A stretch of DNA of 64,000 nt, taken from Caldisericota bacterium. Lineage in GTDB: Bacteria; Caldisericota; Caldisericia; Cryosericales; Cryosericaceae. The DNA is taken from NCBI GenBank assembly GCA_026390285.1, contig JAPLGH010000046.1, positions 868 to 64,867 on the forward strand, written 5' to 3'. Both the position numbers and the translations under genes were made by a program. A model generated the notes under the pieces. That model was not told where the DNA came from. It did not search any database and saw only the letters and a list, made by a program, of their open reading frames with translations. Shown in pieces: positions 39,536 through 49,987 of the stretch (position 1 is the first letter of the stretch; every line of letters begins with the position of its first letter).

Positions 39536-40195
39536 ATGTACATCATTATTGCAGGTGGAGGAAAGGTCGGGTCCTACCTCGCTCATTTGCTTGTTGGCAA
39601 GGGGCATGACGTTGCTGTGATCGAGCAGGATGTGGGGGCTTGTGAGGCATTGTCGGATTGGGGAAAGGCGCTTGTCATCAACGGCGACTGCTGTGACCTG
39701 GGTGCCCTCATCGACGCCGGCGTCGAGAAGACCGACCGGTTTGCCGCAGTGACAGGCGACGATGCCGACAACCTGGTGGCGTGTCAGCTTGCGAAAGTGC
39801 GCTTCAATGTCCCGTACACGACGGCTCGCATCAACGACCCCCGCAACGAGGACATCTTCCACAAGTTCGGCGTAGACTTCGCCCTCAACTCGACGAATAT
39901 CCTTGCGACAGTCATCGAAGAAGGCATCATTGTCAATGACATGATTCCTCTTGTGTCCCTGGGCAAGGGCAAGGCAACTCTTGTCGAATTGAAGATTTCT
40001 GGTGAGTCTCCGGTGACAGGGAAAACCATAAGGGAGCTGACATGGCCCATCGGGTGTGTCGTGGTTTCTATTATGCATGAGGGTGAGGTGATCTTCCCGC
40101 GGGGAGCCACTGTGCTGAATGCGGACGACATCGTCGTCGGTCTCGTGGCTCCTGAGGCGGAAGAGCAGTTCAGAGGAGTATTCCGGAAAGGATGA
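39536..40195 (+). CDS. trkA: TrkA-family K+ uptake regulatory subunit
   Basis: IAGGGKVG; RCK_C SPVTGKTIREL. Confidence 0.85.
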   Translation: MYIIIAGGGKVGSYLAHLLVGKGHDVAVIEQDVGACEALSDWGKALVINGDCCDLGALIDAGVEKTDRFAAVTGDDADNLVACQLAKVRFNVPYTTARINDPRNEDIFHKFGVDFALNSTNILATVIEEGIIVNDMIPLVSLGKGKATLVELKISGESPVTGKTIRELTWPIGCVVVSIMHEGEVIFPRGATVLNADDIVVGLVAPEAEEQFRGVFRKG

Positions 40196-40200
40196 CCGAG

Positions 40201-40338
40201 ATGAAGGAAAGGACTCGCATGAGGGCTACGATTTCTCCCCGTCGTGGCTTCTTGGGGATGCTCACAGAGGTTGCATTTGCCTGTGGCCTCATTGGGCTCG
40301 GTTTTCTCGTCTCCTGGCTGTTCTCCCTGGGGCGCTAG
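40201..40338 (+). CDS. 45-aa single-TM protein within trk operon
   Basis: MKERTRMRATISPRRGFLGMLTEVAFACGLIGLGFLVSWLFSLGR*; fills the trkA-trkH gap almost exactly. Confidence 0.55.
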   Translation: MKERTRMRATISPRRGFLGMLTEVAFACGLIGLGFLVSWLFSLGR

Positions 40339-40341
40339 ACG

Positions 40342-41865
40342 ATGATTCGCAGGGTCTGGAGAGAAGACTTTCGTATCATAGGATACTATACCGGCCTGGT
40401 TACTATCGGTGTTGGTCTGCTGATGCTTGTTCCGATGGTGACCAGTCTTGTTTTTCGTGAATGGGCATCCGCTTTGGATTTTGCCATTTCGGCTGCGCTC
40501 GCGCTGGTCGTCGGGTACGTCCTGGCGCTCATCGCTCATACGAAGAACACTCCGGGGCTCACCCATGCGATGGTCATCGCCGCTGGGTCGTGGCTGGTCG
40601 CCATGATGCTCTCCGGTGTTCCGTACCTGCTGAGCGGGCATGCGAGGTCGTTCCTTGATGCATGTTTCGACACGATGAGTGGGTACACGACGACGGGGAT
40701 ATTCCTCCTGCAGGACCTGGACCATATTTCGCAGGGACTGAACATGTGGCGCCATCTCTTGACGTACGTCGGCGGTCAAGGAATCGTCGTGCTGGCTCTC
40801 ACGTTCCTGATCGGTTCCACGGGCGGTGCGTTCAAGATCATGGTCGGCGAAGGCAAGGAAGAGAAGCTCGAGCCCAACGTCCGACACATCGCGGTCCTCA
40901 TCTGGCGCATTTCCCTCATCTACCTGGGCATCGGTACGGTTGTCCTTGGAGTCATTGCTATGGCCAATGGCATCAAGCCCTATCTTGCGTTTTTTCACGG
41001 CGCGTACGTCTTCATGTCTGCCTGGAGCACCGGAGGTTTCGCTCCCTATAGCCAGAACATGCTGTACTATCACAGCAGCGCGATGGAAATCGCCAGTATG
41101 GTTTTCTTCATCCTGGGTTCATTCAACTTCGCCCTGCACTATGCCATCTGGAGCGGAAACCGCAGGGAGATTCTTCGCAACGTTGAGATCGTCTCGTTCA
41201 CGATCACTGTCTTGACGACGTTCTCTCTCGTGTGTCTGGCACTCATGCAGCGAGGCGTGTATCCAAATGCCGTGGCATTGTTCCGGCGCGGGTTCTTTCA
41301 GCTCATATCGGGTCATACGACGACTGGCCAGTCCAACATCTACGCGCGGACGTTTGTGCGCGAATGGGGTCCTCTGGGCATGCTTGCGACGACCATCGCC
41401 ATGGCTATCGGCGCGAGTGCCGCTTCGACCGGCGGCGGGTTTAAGGGGTTGCGCATGGGCATTATCGTCAAGGGCATGGCAACGGACATCAGGAAGCTCC
41501 TGTCTCCTGAGCGTGCTGTCGTTACAGGGCACTATCATCACCTGCATGACAACGTGATCAGCGATGGCGTGGTCAAGAGCGCGGCAGTCATCGTCGTCCT
41601 GTATGTCCTCATCTATGTTGTCGGCGCCGTCGTCGGCATGGCCTATGGATATCCCATGGCAGATGCGCTCTTCGAGTCCGTGTCAGCCGGCAGCAACACC
41701 GGGCTTTCGTGTGGAGTGACGCAGACCGGCATGCCCACGTTGCTGAAAATCGTGTACATGCTGGAAATGTGGATGGGACGCCTGGAGTTCCTGTCGGTCT
41801 TCACCCTGTTCGGGTTCATCGCCACAAGTTTCCGGAGCATGAGACGCAGGAAGGCGGCCGTATGA
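40342..41865 (+). CDS. trkH: TrkH-family K+ transporter
   Basis: SGYTTTG, STGGF, STGGGFK, NTGLS, GRLE. Confidence 0.9.
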   Translation: MIRRVWREDFRIIGYYTGLVTIGVGLLMLVPMVTSLVFREWASALDFAISAALALVVGYVLALIAHTKNTPGLTHAMVIAAGSWLVAMMLSGVPYLLSGHARSFLDACFDTMSGYTTTGIFLLQDLDHISQGLNMWRHLLTYVGGQGIVVLALTFLIGSTGGAFKIMVGEGKEEKLEPNVRHIAVLIWRISLIYLGIGTVVLGVIAMANGIKPYLAFFHGAYVFMSAWSTGGFAPYSQNMLYYHSSAMEIASMVFFILGSFNFALHYAIWSGNRREILRNVEIVSFTITVLTTFSLVCLALMQRGVYPNAVALFRRGFFQLISGHTTTGQSNIYARTFVREWGPLGMLATTIAMAIGASAASTGGGFKGLRMGIIVKGMATDIRKLLSPERAVVTGHYHHLHDNVISDGVVKSAAVIVVLYVLIYVVGAVVGMAYGYPMADALFESVSAGSNTGLSCGVTQTGMPTLLKIVYMLEMWMGRLEFLSVFTLFGFIATSFRSMRRRKAAV

Positions 41866-42310
41866 AGAGGGTGTGTGCGTGCTCTCGACGACTGAACTCG
41901 TGGAAGACTCCTACAAGTGGGATGGCCAGACGGTATCATTCAAGGGAGAGGTGCTGCAGGATCTTATGGCGCGTAAGGACGGCACATGGATGAACCTGTC
42001 GGATGACAACAACACTGCCATGGGAGTGTTTGTGCCAAAGGACGTACCCATGCCCCTCATTTCGCATATGGAGGACTACCGCACAGTTGGAGATGTGGTG
42101 CTCATCACCGGCGTCTTCTACCGTGTGTGCGTCCAGCACGAGGGTGAGACTGACATCCACGCCGTCAGCGTGACGGTTCTGACGCCTGGTTCTGCCAAGG
42201 CAAACCCCATTCACCCCGACAGGGTCGTGTGGTTTGTCGTTCTTGCCGGGCTACTGGGTCTGGTCATGTGGTTCTACTATCGCAAACCGGGTCGCGGGAC
42301 CGGGCACTGA
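41862..42310 (+). pseudogene. OB-fold membrane-anchored protein with probable 5' deletion/frameshift
   Basis: Coupled ATG (41862, MKRVC) is out of frame with the body STTELVE..DGQTV.FKGEV..GDVV.ITGVF..HEGETDIHA. Confidence 0.55.
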
Positions 42311-42339
42311 GTATCGCAATCGCAACGTCCGTGCAAAAC

Positions 42340-43105
42340 AAGGAGGTCCTGCTCGGGCTTTGAATGCGAGGTCGCCTGCCACGATCGTGGCAAGGACCCG
42401 GGTCGACTGTACTGCCTATGGGTTGCTGTCGCTCAAAAAATCCCTCGACAGGACCGAGATATCTGTGTTCTGAATGCCGCGAAGGCGATGCCCTTGAGTG
42501 CATCGGGGTTTTCGACGGGTGCGTCAGATCCAAAGTTGAGCTCTGCGCCGCTCTCGAGCAATGATTTGAAGGCATACGAACGAGGATGCGGCGTGGGGAA
42601 GACTGTCTTCAGCTTCCCGATATCGAGGTCGAGGTGCGAGGGCTGCACGGATGCCGTGATCCCGAGGTTCGCGAAGCGTTCCACATCCTGGGGGCGCAGG
42701 AACTGGGCGTGTTCTATGCGGTGATGGGCATGTCCCTTGGAGACTGTAACGCCGGCTTGTTCGAACGCATCCAGAACCTCCTTGTTCGCCCTGTCCCCGA
42801 TGGCATGGGTCCATATCCACAAGCCGTTCTCGTCTGCCTTGCGAAATCGGTCCGCCAGCCAGTCCACTGATTCATAGGTATGGTAGCCATAGTTGTCAGG
42901 TTCTCCCGGCCATGGCTTCTCCATGTAGGCGGTCCGGGAACCGAGTGAACCGTCGGCGAAGGCCTTGATGCCTCCGAGTGTACTGGCGAAACCGAGGACC
43001 TGTGCGTTCCTGCTGGAGGCCATCGCCTGAACGTCGTCATTGCCGCCGGTATGGTCGATGATTCCATTTCGCAAGTACAGGGCATCACCCGTCTGTGTCC
43101 ACCAT
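42340..43105 (-). pseudogene. YtcJ-like amidohydrolase remnant
   Basis: KAFADGSLGSRTA, HAIGDRA, HRIEHAQ, GSDAPV; large deletions, frameshift, in-frame TAG before VLATIVAG. Confidence 0.8.
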
Positions 43106-43275
43106 CCGCCCAGCGACACCGTCTCCCACGCACGAGATGACGGTTGCGAGCTCGACAACAGGCCGAGTGTGCAGCTGAAGGACATGGTTGACGGCTTCCA
43201 CACTGTCACGGCGCGTGTCGACACGCGTTCCATCCAGGTCGAACAAGTTGGGGTCGAATACAGGTATTCTCTCTT
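43085..43275 (-). pseudogene. HAD (phosphoglycolate phosphatase-like) N-terminal remnant
   Basis: LFDLDGTRVDTRRDSVEAVNHVL...VGDGV then stop. Confidence 0.65.
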
Positions 43276-43344
43276 GCAGCAAAGCGTTGCATATGATTCC
43301 TGCAAGGATATACTTCCCTCGTGACAAGCCACGGGAAATCTGAC

Positions 43345-44742
43345 ATGACGGGTACGACCACTCCGGAACAGAGACGAATTGGTCTGTTGTCGGGGACTGT
43401 ACCCACAAGTCCTGCTCAGCGCATTCTCCTGAGTTTCATGATCGTCATTCTTGTCGGAACCTTCTTCCTTCTTCTGCCGCAGTCGAACACCGGCGTCCAC
43501 CCCGGTTTTCTCAGGGCCCTCTTCACAGCTACCAGTGCCACCTGCGTGACAGGTCTGGTCGTCTTCGATACCGGTTCCTTCTGGTCGAAGTCCGGTCAGG
43601 TGGTGATCCTCCTGCTCATCCAGATTGGTGGACTCGGGTACATGGTCCTGACGACGACGCTCATGGCGGCCTTTCGCAACTCGAGGCTCCGCGTGCGCCA
43701 GACCGGTGACTTTCGCGAGAGCGTTGCCGCACCATCGCACCGCGATCCCCGCAGTTTCGCCCGCCTCATCGCATCCACGGTGATCATCTGCGAAGGACTG
43801 GGAACCCTGCTCCTTTCCCTCCGCTTCCTCCGCGACATGCCAGCGGGCAAGGCTGTCTGGAATGGCATTTTCACGAGCGTGAGCGCTTTCTGCAATGCCG
43901 GCTTCGACGTTCTGGGCCGAGGAATGACGAGTTTCGAGACCTATGCGGGCGACATCACGGTCAACCTGGTCGTGCCCGTGCTCATCATCCTGGGCGGCCT
44001 GGGCTTTCTTGTCATCGATGAGCTCAGGAACCACCTTTCACGCACACGGCACGAGAGACTTTCGACCCATGCCAGGACGGTCCTGGCCATCTCGGCAGCC
44101 CTCGTCGTGGGTGGAGCTGTCCTAATCTTCATACTGGAAAGTATAAACCCTGGGGTGTTCGCATCCCTGTCTCTGAAGGAACGTGTCCTGACGTCCTGGT
44201 TCCAGTCGGTGACGGCAAGAACGGCCGGCTTCAACACCCTGCGACTTGGTGACATGCATTCCAGTTCCCTGATGCTCATCATCGTCCTCATGTTCATTGG
44301 TGCTTCTCCCGGCGGTACCGGCGGCGGCGTGAAAACGACCACGTTTGCTGTCGTCGCTGCGTTCGTCTGGAGTTCAATCATCGGCTCAGACCAGACACAC
44401 CTCGGCAACAGGGGCGTCTACGCGGAAAGCGTCAAGAAAGCTGTTGTCGTATCCGCCCTCAGCTTGGTTGTCGTCTTTGGCGGGACGTTCCTGCTTGCCG
44501 TGATGGATGGGCACAGGTTTTCCACGCTCGCTCTCCTGTTCGAGACCACGTCGGCGTTCGGCACGGTCGGCCTGAGCACAGGGATCACGCCTGACCTGTC
44601 GGCCGGCTCCAAGATCGTGCTCATCGCGACAATGCTGGCAGGACGTATCGGGGTTCTCGGGGCCATGTTGACACTGCTTGCTCCCGTACGCAAGTTCGAA
44701 CGTCGGGTTCACTTCGCTGAAGACGACGTCGCCATAGGATAG
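43345..44742 (+). CDS. ktrB: KtrB/TrkH-family K+ transporter
   Basis: SATCVTGL, SAFCNAGF, RTAGF, GGTGGGVK, SAFGTVGLS. Confidence 0.9.
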   Translation: MTGTTTPEQRRIGLLSGTVPTSPAQRILLSFMIVILVGTFFLLLPQSNTGVHPGFLRALFTATSATCVTGLVVFDTGSFWSKSGQVVILLLIQIGGLGYMVLTTTLMAAFRNSRLRVRQTGDFRESVAAPSHRDPRSFARLIASTVIICEGLGTLLLSLRFLRDMPAGKAVWNGIFTSVSAFCNAGFDVLGRGMTSFETYAGDITVNLVVPVLIILGGLGFLVIDELRNHLSRTRHERLSTHARTVLAISAALVVGGAVLIFILESINPGVFASLSLKERVLTSWFQSVTARTAGFNTLRLGDMHSSSLMLIIVLMFIGASPGGTGGGVKTTTFAVVAAFVWSSIIGSDQTHLGNRGVYAESVKKAVVVSALSLVVVFGGTFLLAVMDGHRFSTLALLFETTSAFGTVGLSTGITPDLSAGSKIVLIATMLAGRIGVLGAMLTLLAPVRKFERRVHFAEDDVAIG

Positions 44743-44754
44743 GAGGCAGGTACC

Positions 44755-45414
44755 ATGAAACCACAGATAGGTGTCGTCGGTCTTGGAAAGTTTGGAAGGT
44801 CATGCGCGATCCGTCTGGCTGAACTGGGATTCGAGGTTCTGGCGATCGACGAAACGCAGGCCAACGTCGACAGCATCAAAGATGACGTCGCCCTCGCCGT
44901 CGTCGCAGATACGACGGACCCAGCTGAACTCGATGCCGCAGGCATCACCAACTGTGACACGGTGGTCCTGACCATCGGAGCAGAAATTGAGCACAGCGTC
45001 CTTACCGCCGTGGTCCTCAAGGAGATGGGCATACGCCACCTCGTGGCAAGAGCATCGTCCGAACTGCACGGCAGGCTGCTTTCTCGCATCGGCGCCGATC
45101 AGATCGTCTTTCCTGAACACGATATGGCCATTCGTCTCGCCAACAGGCTCAGCCTTTCCAGCCTCTACGATTTCCTGGAGTCGTCTCCCGATTACGACAT
45201 CCTCGAGTTTCCCATTTCTCACGGCGCAGAGGGCAAGACGCTCCGGGACCTCGACTACCGCGCCCGCTTCGAGCTCAACGTGGTCGGTATTCGGCGTGGA
45301 GGAGAGATCTTGATTACGCTTCACTCCGACGACGTCCTCGAACCCGGCGACCGCCTCATCATCCTGGGGAGTGTCGCGAACCTGCACCGGTTCGCCAGCC
45401 AGACCCGCTTGTGA
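44755..45414 (+). CDS. ktrA: KtrA/TrkA-family subunit
   Basis: GLGKFG; GADQIVFPE. Confidence 0.9.
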   Translation: MKPQIGVVGLGKFGRSCAIRLAELGFEVLAIDETQANVDSIKDDVALAVVADTTDPAELDAAGITNCDTVVLTIGAEIEHSVLTAVVLKEMGIRHLVARASSELHGRLLSRIGADQIVFPEHDMAIRLANRLSLSSLYDFLESSPDYDILEFPISHGAEGKTLRDLDYRARFELNVVGIRRGGEILITLHSDDVLEPGDRLIILGSVANLHRFASQTRL

Positions 45415-47057
45415 CGCATCAGACCCCTCCGTACCGTTTCAGCTGCTCAGCACTGCGTCTGGTAGCCGCCATAGTCGTTCTGGCATTACTGACGAGCACA
45501 ACCGGGTGTGCGGCTCCGGGACGCCAGGTCGTCGCCATCGGCTCCTACGACATGACCGAGGTCGACCATCTGCTGAGCTCGGCTGCGCCCGCTGCACGCG
45601 GCATGGCCCTGGTCGTCGTGAAGGATGGGAAGGTCATCGAGAGCACGGGCTACGACAAATTCGGCCCCGGGACAGTCGTGGACATTGGTTCCGCTTCACG
45701 CTGGCTGGCCGCGGCAGCGATGATGACCCTGGTGGACGAGGGCATGCTTGTACTGGACGACCCCGTGTCCAAGTATCTACCTGAATTCACTGGTGAGAAA
45801 GCAGACATCACTATACGACAATTGTGGTCCCATGATTCCGGACTTCCGATAGCAGACGCCTCCATCGCTGACCGGACACTGACGCTGGAAGAATGTGTCA
45901 AACGTATTGCCACCGGACCCATGCCCTCTCTGCCCGGTACCACGGTGAGCGACGGGTCCGTTTCCATCCAAGTCGGAGCCCGTGTCTGTGAGGTTGTCAG
46001 CGGAATGGCGTGGCAGGAGTTCTTCCGTGTCCGTATCGCCGAGCCTCTCGGCATGACCAGTACGTCGTTCAACCTCATGGGGTTCAACCGGAATCCAGAT
46101 GTGGCCGGCGGAGCACGTTCGACCTCAGAAGACTATGCCCGATTCCTGACCATGCTCCTGCAAGACGGTGTCTGGTCTGGCAAGCGTATTCTCTCAGCAG
46201 AGGCTGTCGCCCAGATCGAGCAGGACCAGGCTCCCGCATCTGCAATCATCTCGACTCCATACACCACAGTCACGTCGCTTCTCCCCTCGACGAGCCGTGC
46301 CCGTCCAGGGCTGGGTATGTGGCGCGAGGAGACCGACCCCGTCACTGGAACCCTCCTGATCGCCTCCTGCCCAGGCACCTACGGGTTTACCCCATGGATC
46401 GACTACAGGCTGAATCTCGCAGGCGTCCTCTCCATGAGGTACGACCCGGCCAAGGCCGCCTATGACATCATGCGCGTGCGCCAGCTAGTGCCCCAGGCCA
46501 TTGCCGCGGGACCCCGCTTCAAGGACGTTCCCGCAACGTCATGGGCTTTCGCCGCAGTCGCCGACCTGAGCGCCCGGGGCCTCGTCACCGGGTATGAAGA
46601 CGGCAAGTTCCATCCGGACGACGCGGTGACGCGAGCAGAGTATGCCAAGCTTGTCTGCAGTGCCCTGGGCGTCGAGCCGGACACCGTGACCTCCGACCCC
46701 TTCAAGGATGTCACATCGTCTTACTGGACAGCAGGCTATGTCGCTGCGGCTGTCCGCAAGGGATGGCTGACCGGGTCCCCCGGAGGGCTGTTCAAACCGG
46801 AGGAGCCCGTCAGCAAGGGGCAGGCCCTTGCCATCATAGCCCGTTCACAGAGTTGGAACGACAAGGCAACCCTCCCCTATGCAGACGTCCAGCCCGACTA
46901 CTGGGCTCACGCGTTCATCGAAGCCTGCTTCGTGAGGGGCATCATCAGAAATCCCGATCCCGGCGTCGAATCCGGTGGAAAGCTGAGTCCCGAGGCCAAT
47001 TGCACACGTGCCCAGGCATGCGTTCTCCTCAGCCGCCTGTTGGCTCCGAAACCCTGA
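45411..47057 (+). CDS. Serine-hydrolase (beta-lactamase-like) domain + SLH domains
   Basis: ITIRQLWSHDSGL, PLGM, GGARST; FKDV..WA..GYEDGKFHPD..TRAE SLH repeats. Confidence 0.8.
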   Translation: MTHQTPPYRFSCSALRLVAAIVVLALLTSTTGCAAPGRQVVAIGSYDMTEVDHLLSSAAPAARGMALVVVKDGKVIESTGYDKFGPGTVVDIGSASRWLAAAAMMTLVDEGMLVLDDPVSKYLPEFTGEKADITIRQLWSHDSGLPIADASIADRTLTLEECVKRIATGPMPSLPGTTVSDGSVSIQVGARVCEVVSGMAWQEFFRVRIAEPLGMTSTSFNLMGFNRNPDVAGGARSTSEDYARFLTMLLQDGVWSGKRILSAEAVAQIEQDQAPASAIISTPYTTVTSLLPSTSRARPGLGMWREETDPVTGTLLIASCPGTYGFTPWIDYRLNLAGVLSMRYDPAKAAYDIMRVRQLVPQAIAAGPRFKDVPATSWAFAAVADLSARGLVTGYEDGKFHPDDAVTRAEYAKLVCSALGVEPDTVTSDPFKDVTSSYWTAGYVAAAVRKGWLTGSPGGLFKPEEPVSKGQALAIIARSQSWNDKATLPYADVQPDYWAHAFIEACFVRGIIRNPDPGVESGGKLSPEANCTRAQACVLLSRLLAPKP

Positions 47058-47179
47058 CCCTCCGTTGATAACTGCAACATTGGGATTGTCCCAATGCTGC
47101 TATGTTACAACAACTAGGGCTGTCCCCTGTTACAAGATTGCTCCGGGGCATTGCAGGTGCAGATCGCCGGGTTGGACAG

Positions 47180-47479
47180 CTAGTCATCTTGGTCGTCCGG
47201 TGCCTCGTCCGCTTCTTCCTCTTCCTTTTCCTCGTCGTCCCAGTCGGTGCCCGTGTCGGCAAGGTCGTCAAGGATATCCTGAAGGTCGTCCAGCCGGTCC
47301 ATCAGATCGTCAATCTCATCATCCGACAGGCTGGACGCATCTATCTGTTCATATGCCTCATCAAGCTGTGCACGCAGGCGTGCTACCTCTTCCACTGTAA
47401 CGTTGTCTTCGTCCAGCTCGCTGACTTCCAGTTCAAGCGCACCGACTATTCCCTCGAGCCGTACTCTCTCATCGTCCAT
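47180..47479 (-). CDS. Highly acidic small protein
   Basis: GGGAGG RBS; D/E-rich ORF. Confidence 0.6.
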   Translation of the reverse strand: MDDERVRLEGIVGALELEVSELDEDNVTVEEVARLRAQLDEAYEQIDASSLSDDEIDDLMDRLDDLQDILDDLADTGTDWDDEEKEEEEADEAPDDQDD

Positions 47480-47613
47480 GACTGCCTCCCATCAAGAAAT
47501 GTGGGTGTGATGCCGGCACTATAGAGGAAACGCCCCGCGTTTCAAGTCCCCGACAAGAAATGCCAGGCGGCCGGGCAAAAGCCTGGCCGCCCGCAAACAT
47601 CAGCAAGAACAGA

Positions 47614-47916
47614 CTACTGTGGGGGTGTTCCGCTCTTGTCGACAGACGAGCCTTCGACCGTCGGTTTTGTCGGCACGTCGACAAGCTCGACCGTGATGGT
47701 GTAGGACGCCGCCAAGGCGGCGACCGCCCCGATGGCCGCCCACACGGGAAGCAGGACCGCACCCACGACGCCTGCGGTAAGTGGAATCTCGAACAGCGTG
47801 ACGCCATCCTTGTCTTTGATCGTGATACGTCGGACATTGCCCTGGTGGACCAGGTCCCTCACCTGCTGCAGCAGCTTCTCGCCGCTGACCTTGAACTCTT
47901 CCGTTCGATTGCTCAT
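47614..47916 (-). CDS. DUF4342-domain protein
   Basis: VRDLVHQGNVRRITIK...EIPLTAG. Confidence 0.8.
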   Translation of the reverse strand: MSNRTEEFKVSGEKLLQQVRDLVHQGNVRRITIKDKDGVTLFEIPLTAGVVGAVLLPVWAAIGAVAALAASYTITVELVDVPTKPTVEGSSVDKSGTPPQ

Positions 47917-48089
47917 TGCTCATCTCCTTTGATATTGTTGCCAATTCGCGGGACCGCCGCACTGCGCCAGTCCTGTCGTCACTTTGTTTACGCGGGTCAA
48001 GGAGTTGGGGTTACATCGACGCTGGTACGGCTGCGTCGTGAGGCTATACTACATGTAGACGCGGCTTCACCGCGGAAGGGAGGAAGCTC

Positions 48090-48983
48090 ATGGAGAAACG
48101 ACCATTTGGCAAGACCGGTGTCGAACTCCCGATCCTGAGCCTCGGATGTCAGCGGCTGGTGGACGAAGAGGGCTGCAGCCAGGACCAGGCTGCTGCAATC
48201 CTCGAACGGGCCCTGAAGCGCGGTGTATGGTACTTTGACACAGCGCCGACCTATTCGGAGGGCGAAAGCGAACGGCGTGTCGGGCTGGTGGCAATCAGGC
48301 ACCACGCGGACATGTGGATAGCGACCAAGGTCAATGAGGTCACGCGGGACGGTGCCCGCCGGCAGCTCGAGGCGAGCCTCGACCGGCTGCAGACCGACCA
48401 CGTGGAAGAAGTGCGTCTGCACAACATCTTCAGCTTTGACCGGCTGGATGCCATGACCGGCAAGGATGGGGCGCTTCAGGCCCTGATTGAAGCGCGGGAC
48501 GAGGGTCTGGTACGGTTCATCAGTATTTCGGGGCACGCGGATCCACAGGTATTGCTGGAGGCTATTCGGCGCTTCCCCTTCGACACTGCCCTGTGCGCCG
48601 TCTCAGCGCTGGACCACTTCATCTACAGCTTCGCAGAGGAATTTCTGCCATTTGCGCTCCAGAAATGCATGGGCATCGTCGGCATGAAGGTCCTGGGCTA
48701 CAAGGCCTTGGCCGGCGACTGGCAACGGGCGTTGCGGTACAGCATGGGTCTGCCGGTTACCACTGTCATTGCCGGCTGCTCCACGATCGAACAGCTGGAC
48801 AGCGACATCGACCTCGCCGAGAACTTCGTGGCGATGACCAGCATCGAGCGTCTGGCGTTCTTCCGCGACATCCTGCCGATGGTCACGCCACAGAATATGC
48901 CCTGGAAGTCCAGAGACTGGTCACGCAAGGAATGGATAGAACGGAGAGAACCATTTGGACTGACACGCACCGGCTGCCAGTAG
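48090..48983 (+). CDS. Aldo/keto reductase
   Basis: FGKTG, YFDTAPTY..SE..VG, ATK, SLDRLQTD. Confidence 0.85.
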   Translation: MEKRPFGKTGVELPILSLGCQRLVDEEGCSQDQAAAILERALKRGVWYFDTAPTYSEGESERRVGLVAIRHHADMWIATKVNEVTRDGARRQLEASLDRLQTDHVEEVRLHNIFSFDRLDAMTGKDGALQALIEARDEGLVRFISISGHADPQVLLEAIRRFPFDTALCAVSALDHFIYSFAEEFLPFALQKCMGIVGMKVLGYKALAGDWQRALRYSMGLPVTTVIAGCSTIEQLDSDIDLAENFVAMTSIERLAFFRDILPMVTPQNMPWKSRDWSRKEWIERREPFGLTRTGCQ

Positions 48984-49104
48984 TGGTAAGCGGCATCGAT
49001 ATACACTTCACCGGTGACGCCGTCCTTGACGACGCGACCCGGGTGCACGTCGACCACTTCCTCGGTTGTTGCCGAGAGGGTACTCAACGCATGGTGAGGC
49101 CATT

Positions 49105-49902
49105 ATGAGCGCAACAAGGATTCTTCCGGTAGCAGTACGCAACGCAGGCGACCTCGCCACGATCTGTGCAGGAGAAGGCGCGAAGTCCGATCCACTGTGG
49201 GAACGGGCGACCAAGGCCAAGAGACAGTGGGTCCGCGACCGTCTCGTCGAGCTGGGCACGTTTGCCTGGGTCGCCTACAACGGTGCCGACCCGATCGGCA
49301 TGATCCAGTGTCATCCCGACCGCGACGCGGCCGGCGTAGGCGTGGCGGTCATCGACTGCATCTGGGTGCCCAAGAAGTCCCGGTGGGGACGCGGCATCGG
49401 CAGTAAGCTTTTGGCAGAGGTCGAGGCGACCATGCAGCGCCAGCACCGCTGGTTCGACGGCAAGCCGGCCAACGGCATGGCTGCTATGGCCTTCCATGGC
49501 GAGGCCGAGGGTCAACAGTCCGCCGAATCGTTCTATCTGCACCACGGGTTCGCGCATGTCCCCGGCGATCCGGACCTGATGTTCAAGCCCTTCCTGCCGG
49601 AAACCGTGTGGACACCAACTCCGCGAACTTTGACAACACCGACATCTCTGCCCGACGACCAGGCACGCGTCACGGTCCTGCTCGGACCACTGTCCTGTCC
49701 GTTCCAGTACCGTATCCTCAGCCAGACCGGCATGTATGTCGCCGAGAAGCTCGGCATGCCAGTCGTAGAATTGGACGCCGCAGGAGATCCTGAGGGCTAC
49801 CTGGCCCGCGGAGGCCGGCCTGGCATCCTTGTGAAGGGTCGCCTGCTGGAACACGACCTTTGGCAGCGTGAGAAGCTCGACCAGGAGCTAGCCGGGTTGT
49901 AG
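49105..49902 (+). CDS. GNAT acetyltransferase (YoaP-like, C-terminal CP motif)
   Basis: IDCIWV..WGRGIGSKLL; FYLHHGF. Confidence 0.75.
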   Translation: MSATRILPVAVRNAGDLATICAGEGAKSDPLWERATKAKRQWVRDRLVELGTFAWVAYNGADPIGMIQCHPDRDAAGVGVAVIDCIWVPKKSRWGRGIGSKLLAEVEATMQRQHRWFDGKPANGMAAMAFHGEAEGQQSAESFYLHHGFAHVPGDPDLMFKPFLPETVWTPTPRTLTTPTSLPDDQARVTVLLGPLSCPFQYRILSQTGMYVAEKLGMPVVELDAAGDPEGYLARGGRPGILVKGRLLEHDLWQREKLDQELAGL

Positions 49903-49987
49903 GATGCCCCGAAAGGACCGTGTACGCGTCATCGGATCCCCGCGCAGCGGGGCTCTCTCTTGTCCAGGAGCGACGTCGGAATCGGGT

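Noticed and set aside
42433-44034. 533-aa ORF as one gene
   Set aside because: Chimera of the ktrB antisense frame and amidohydrolase remnants.
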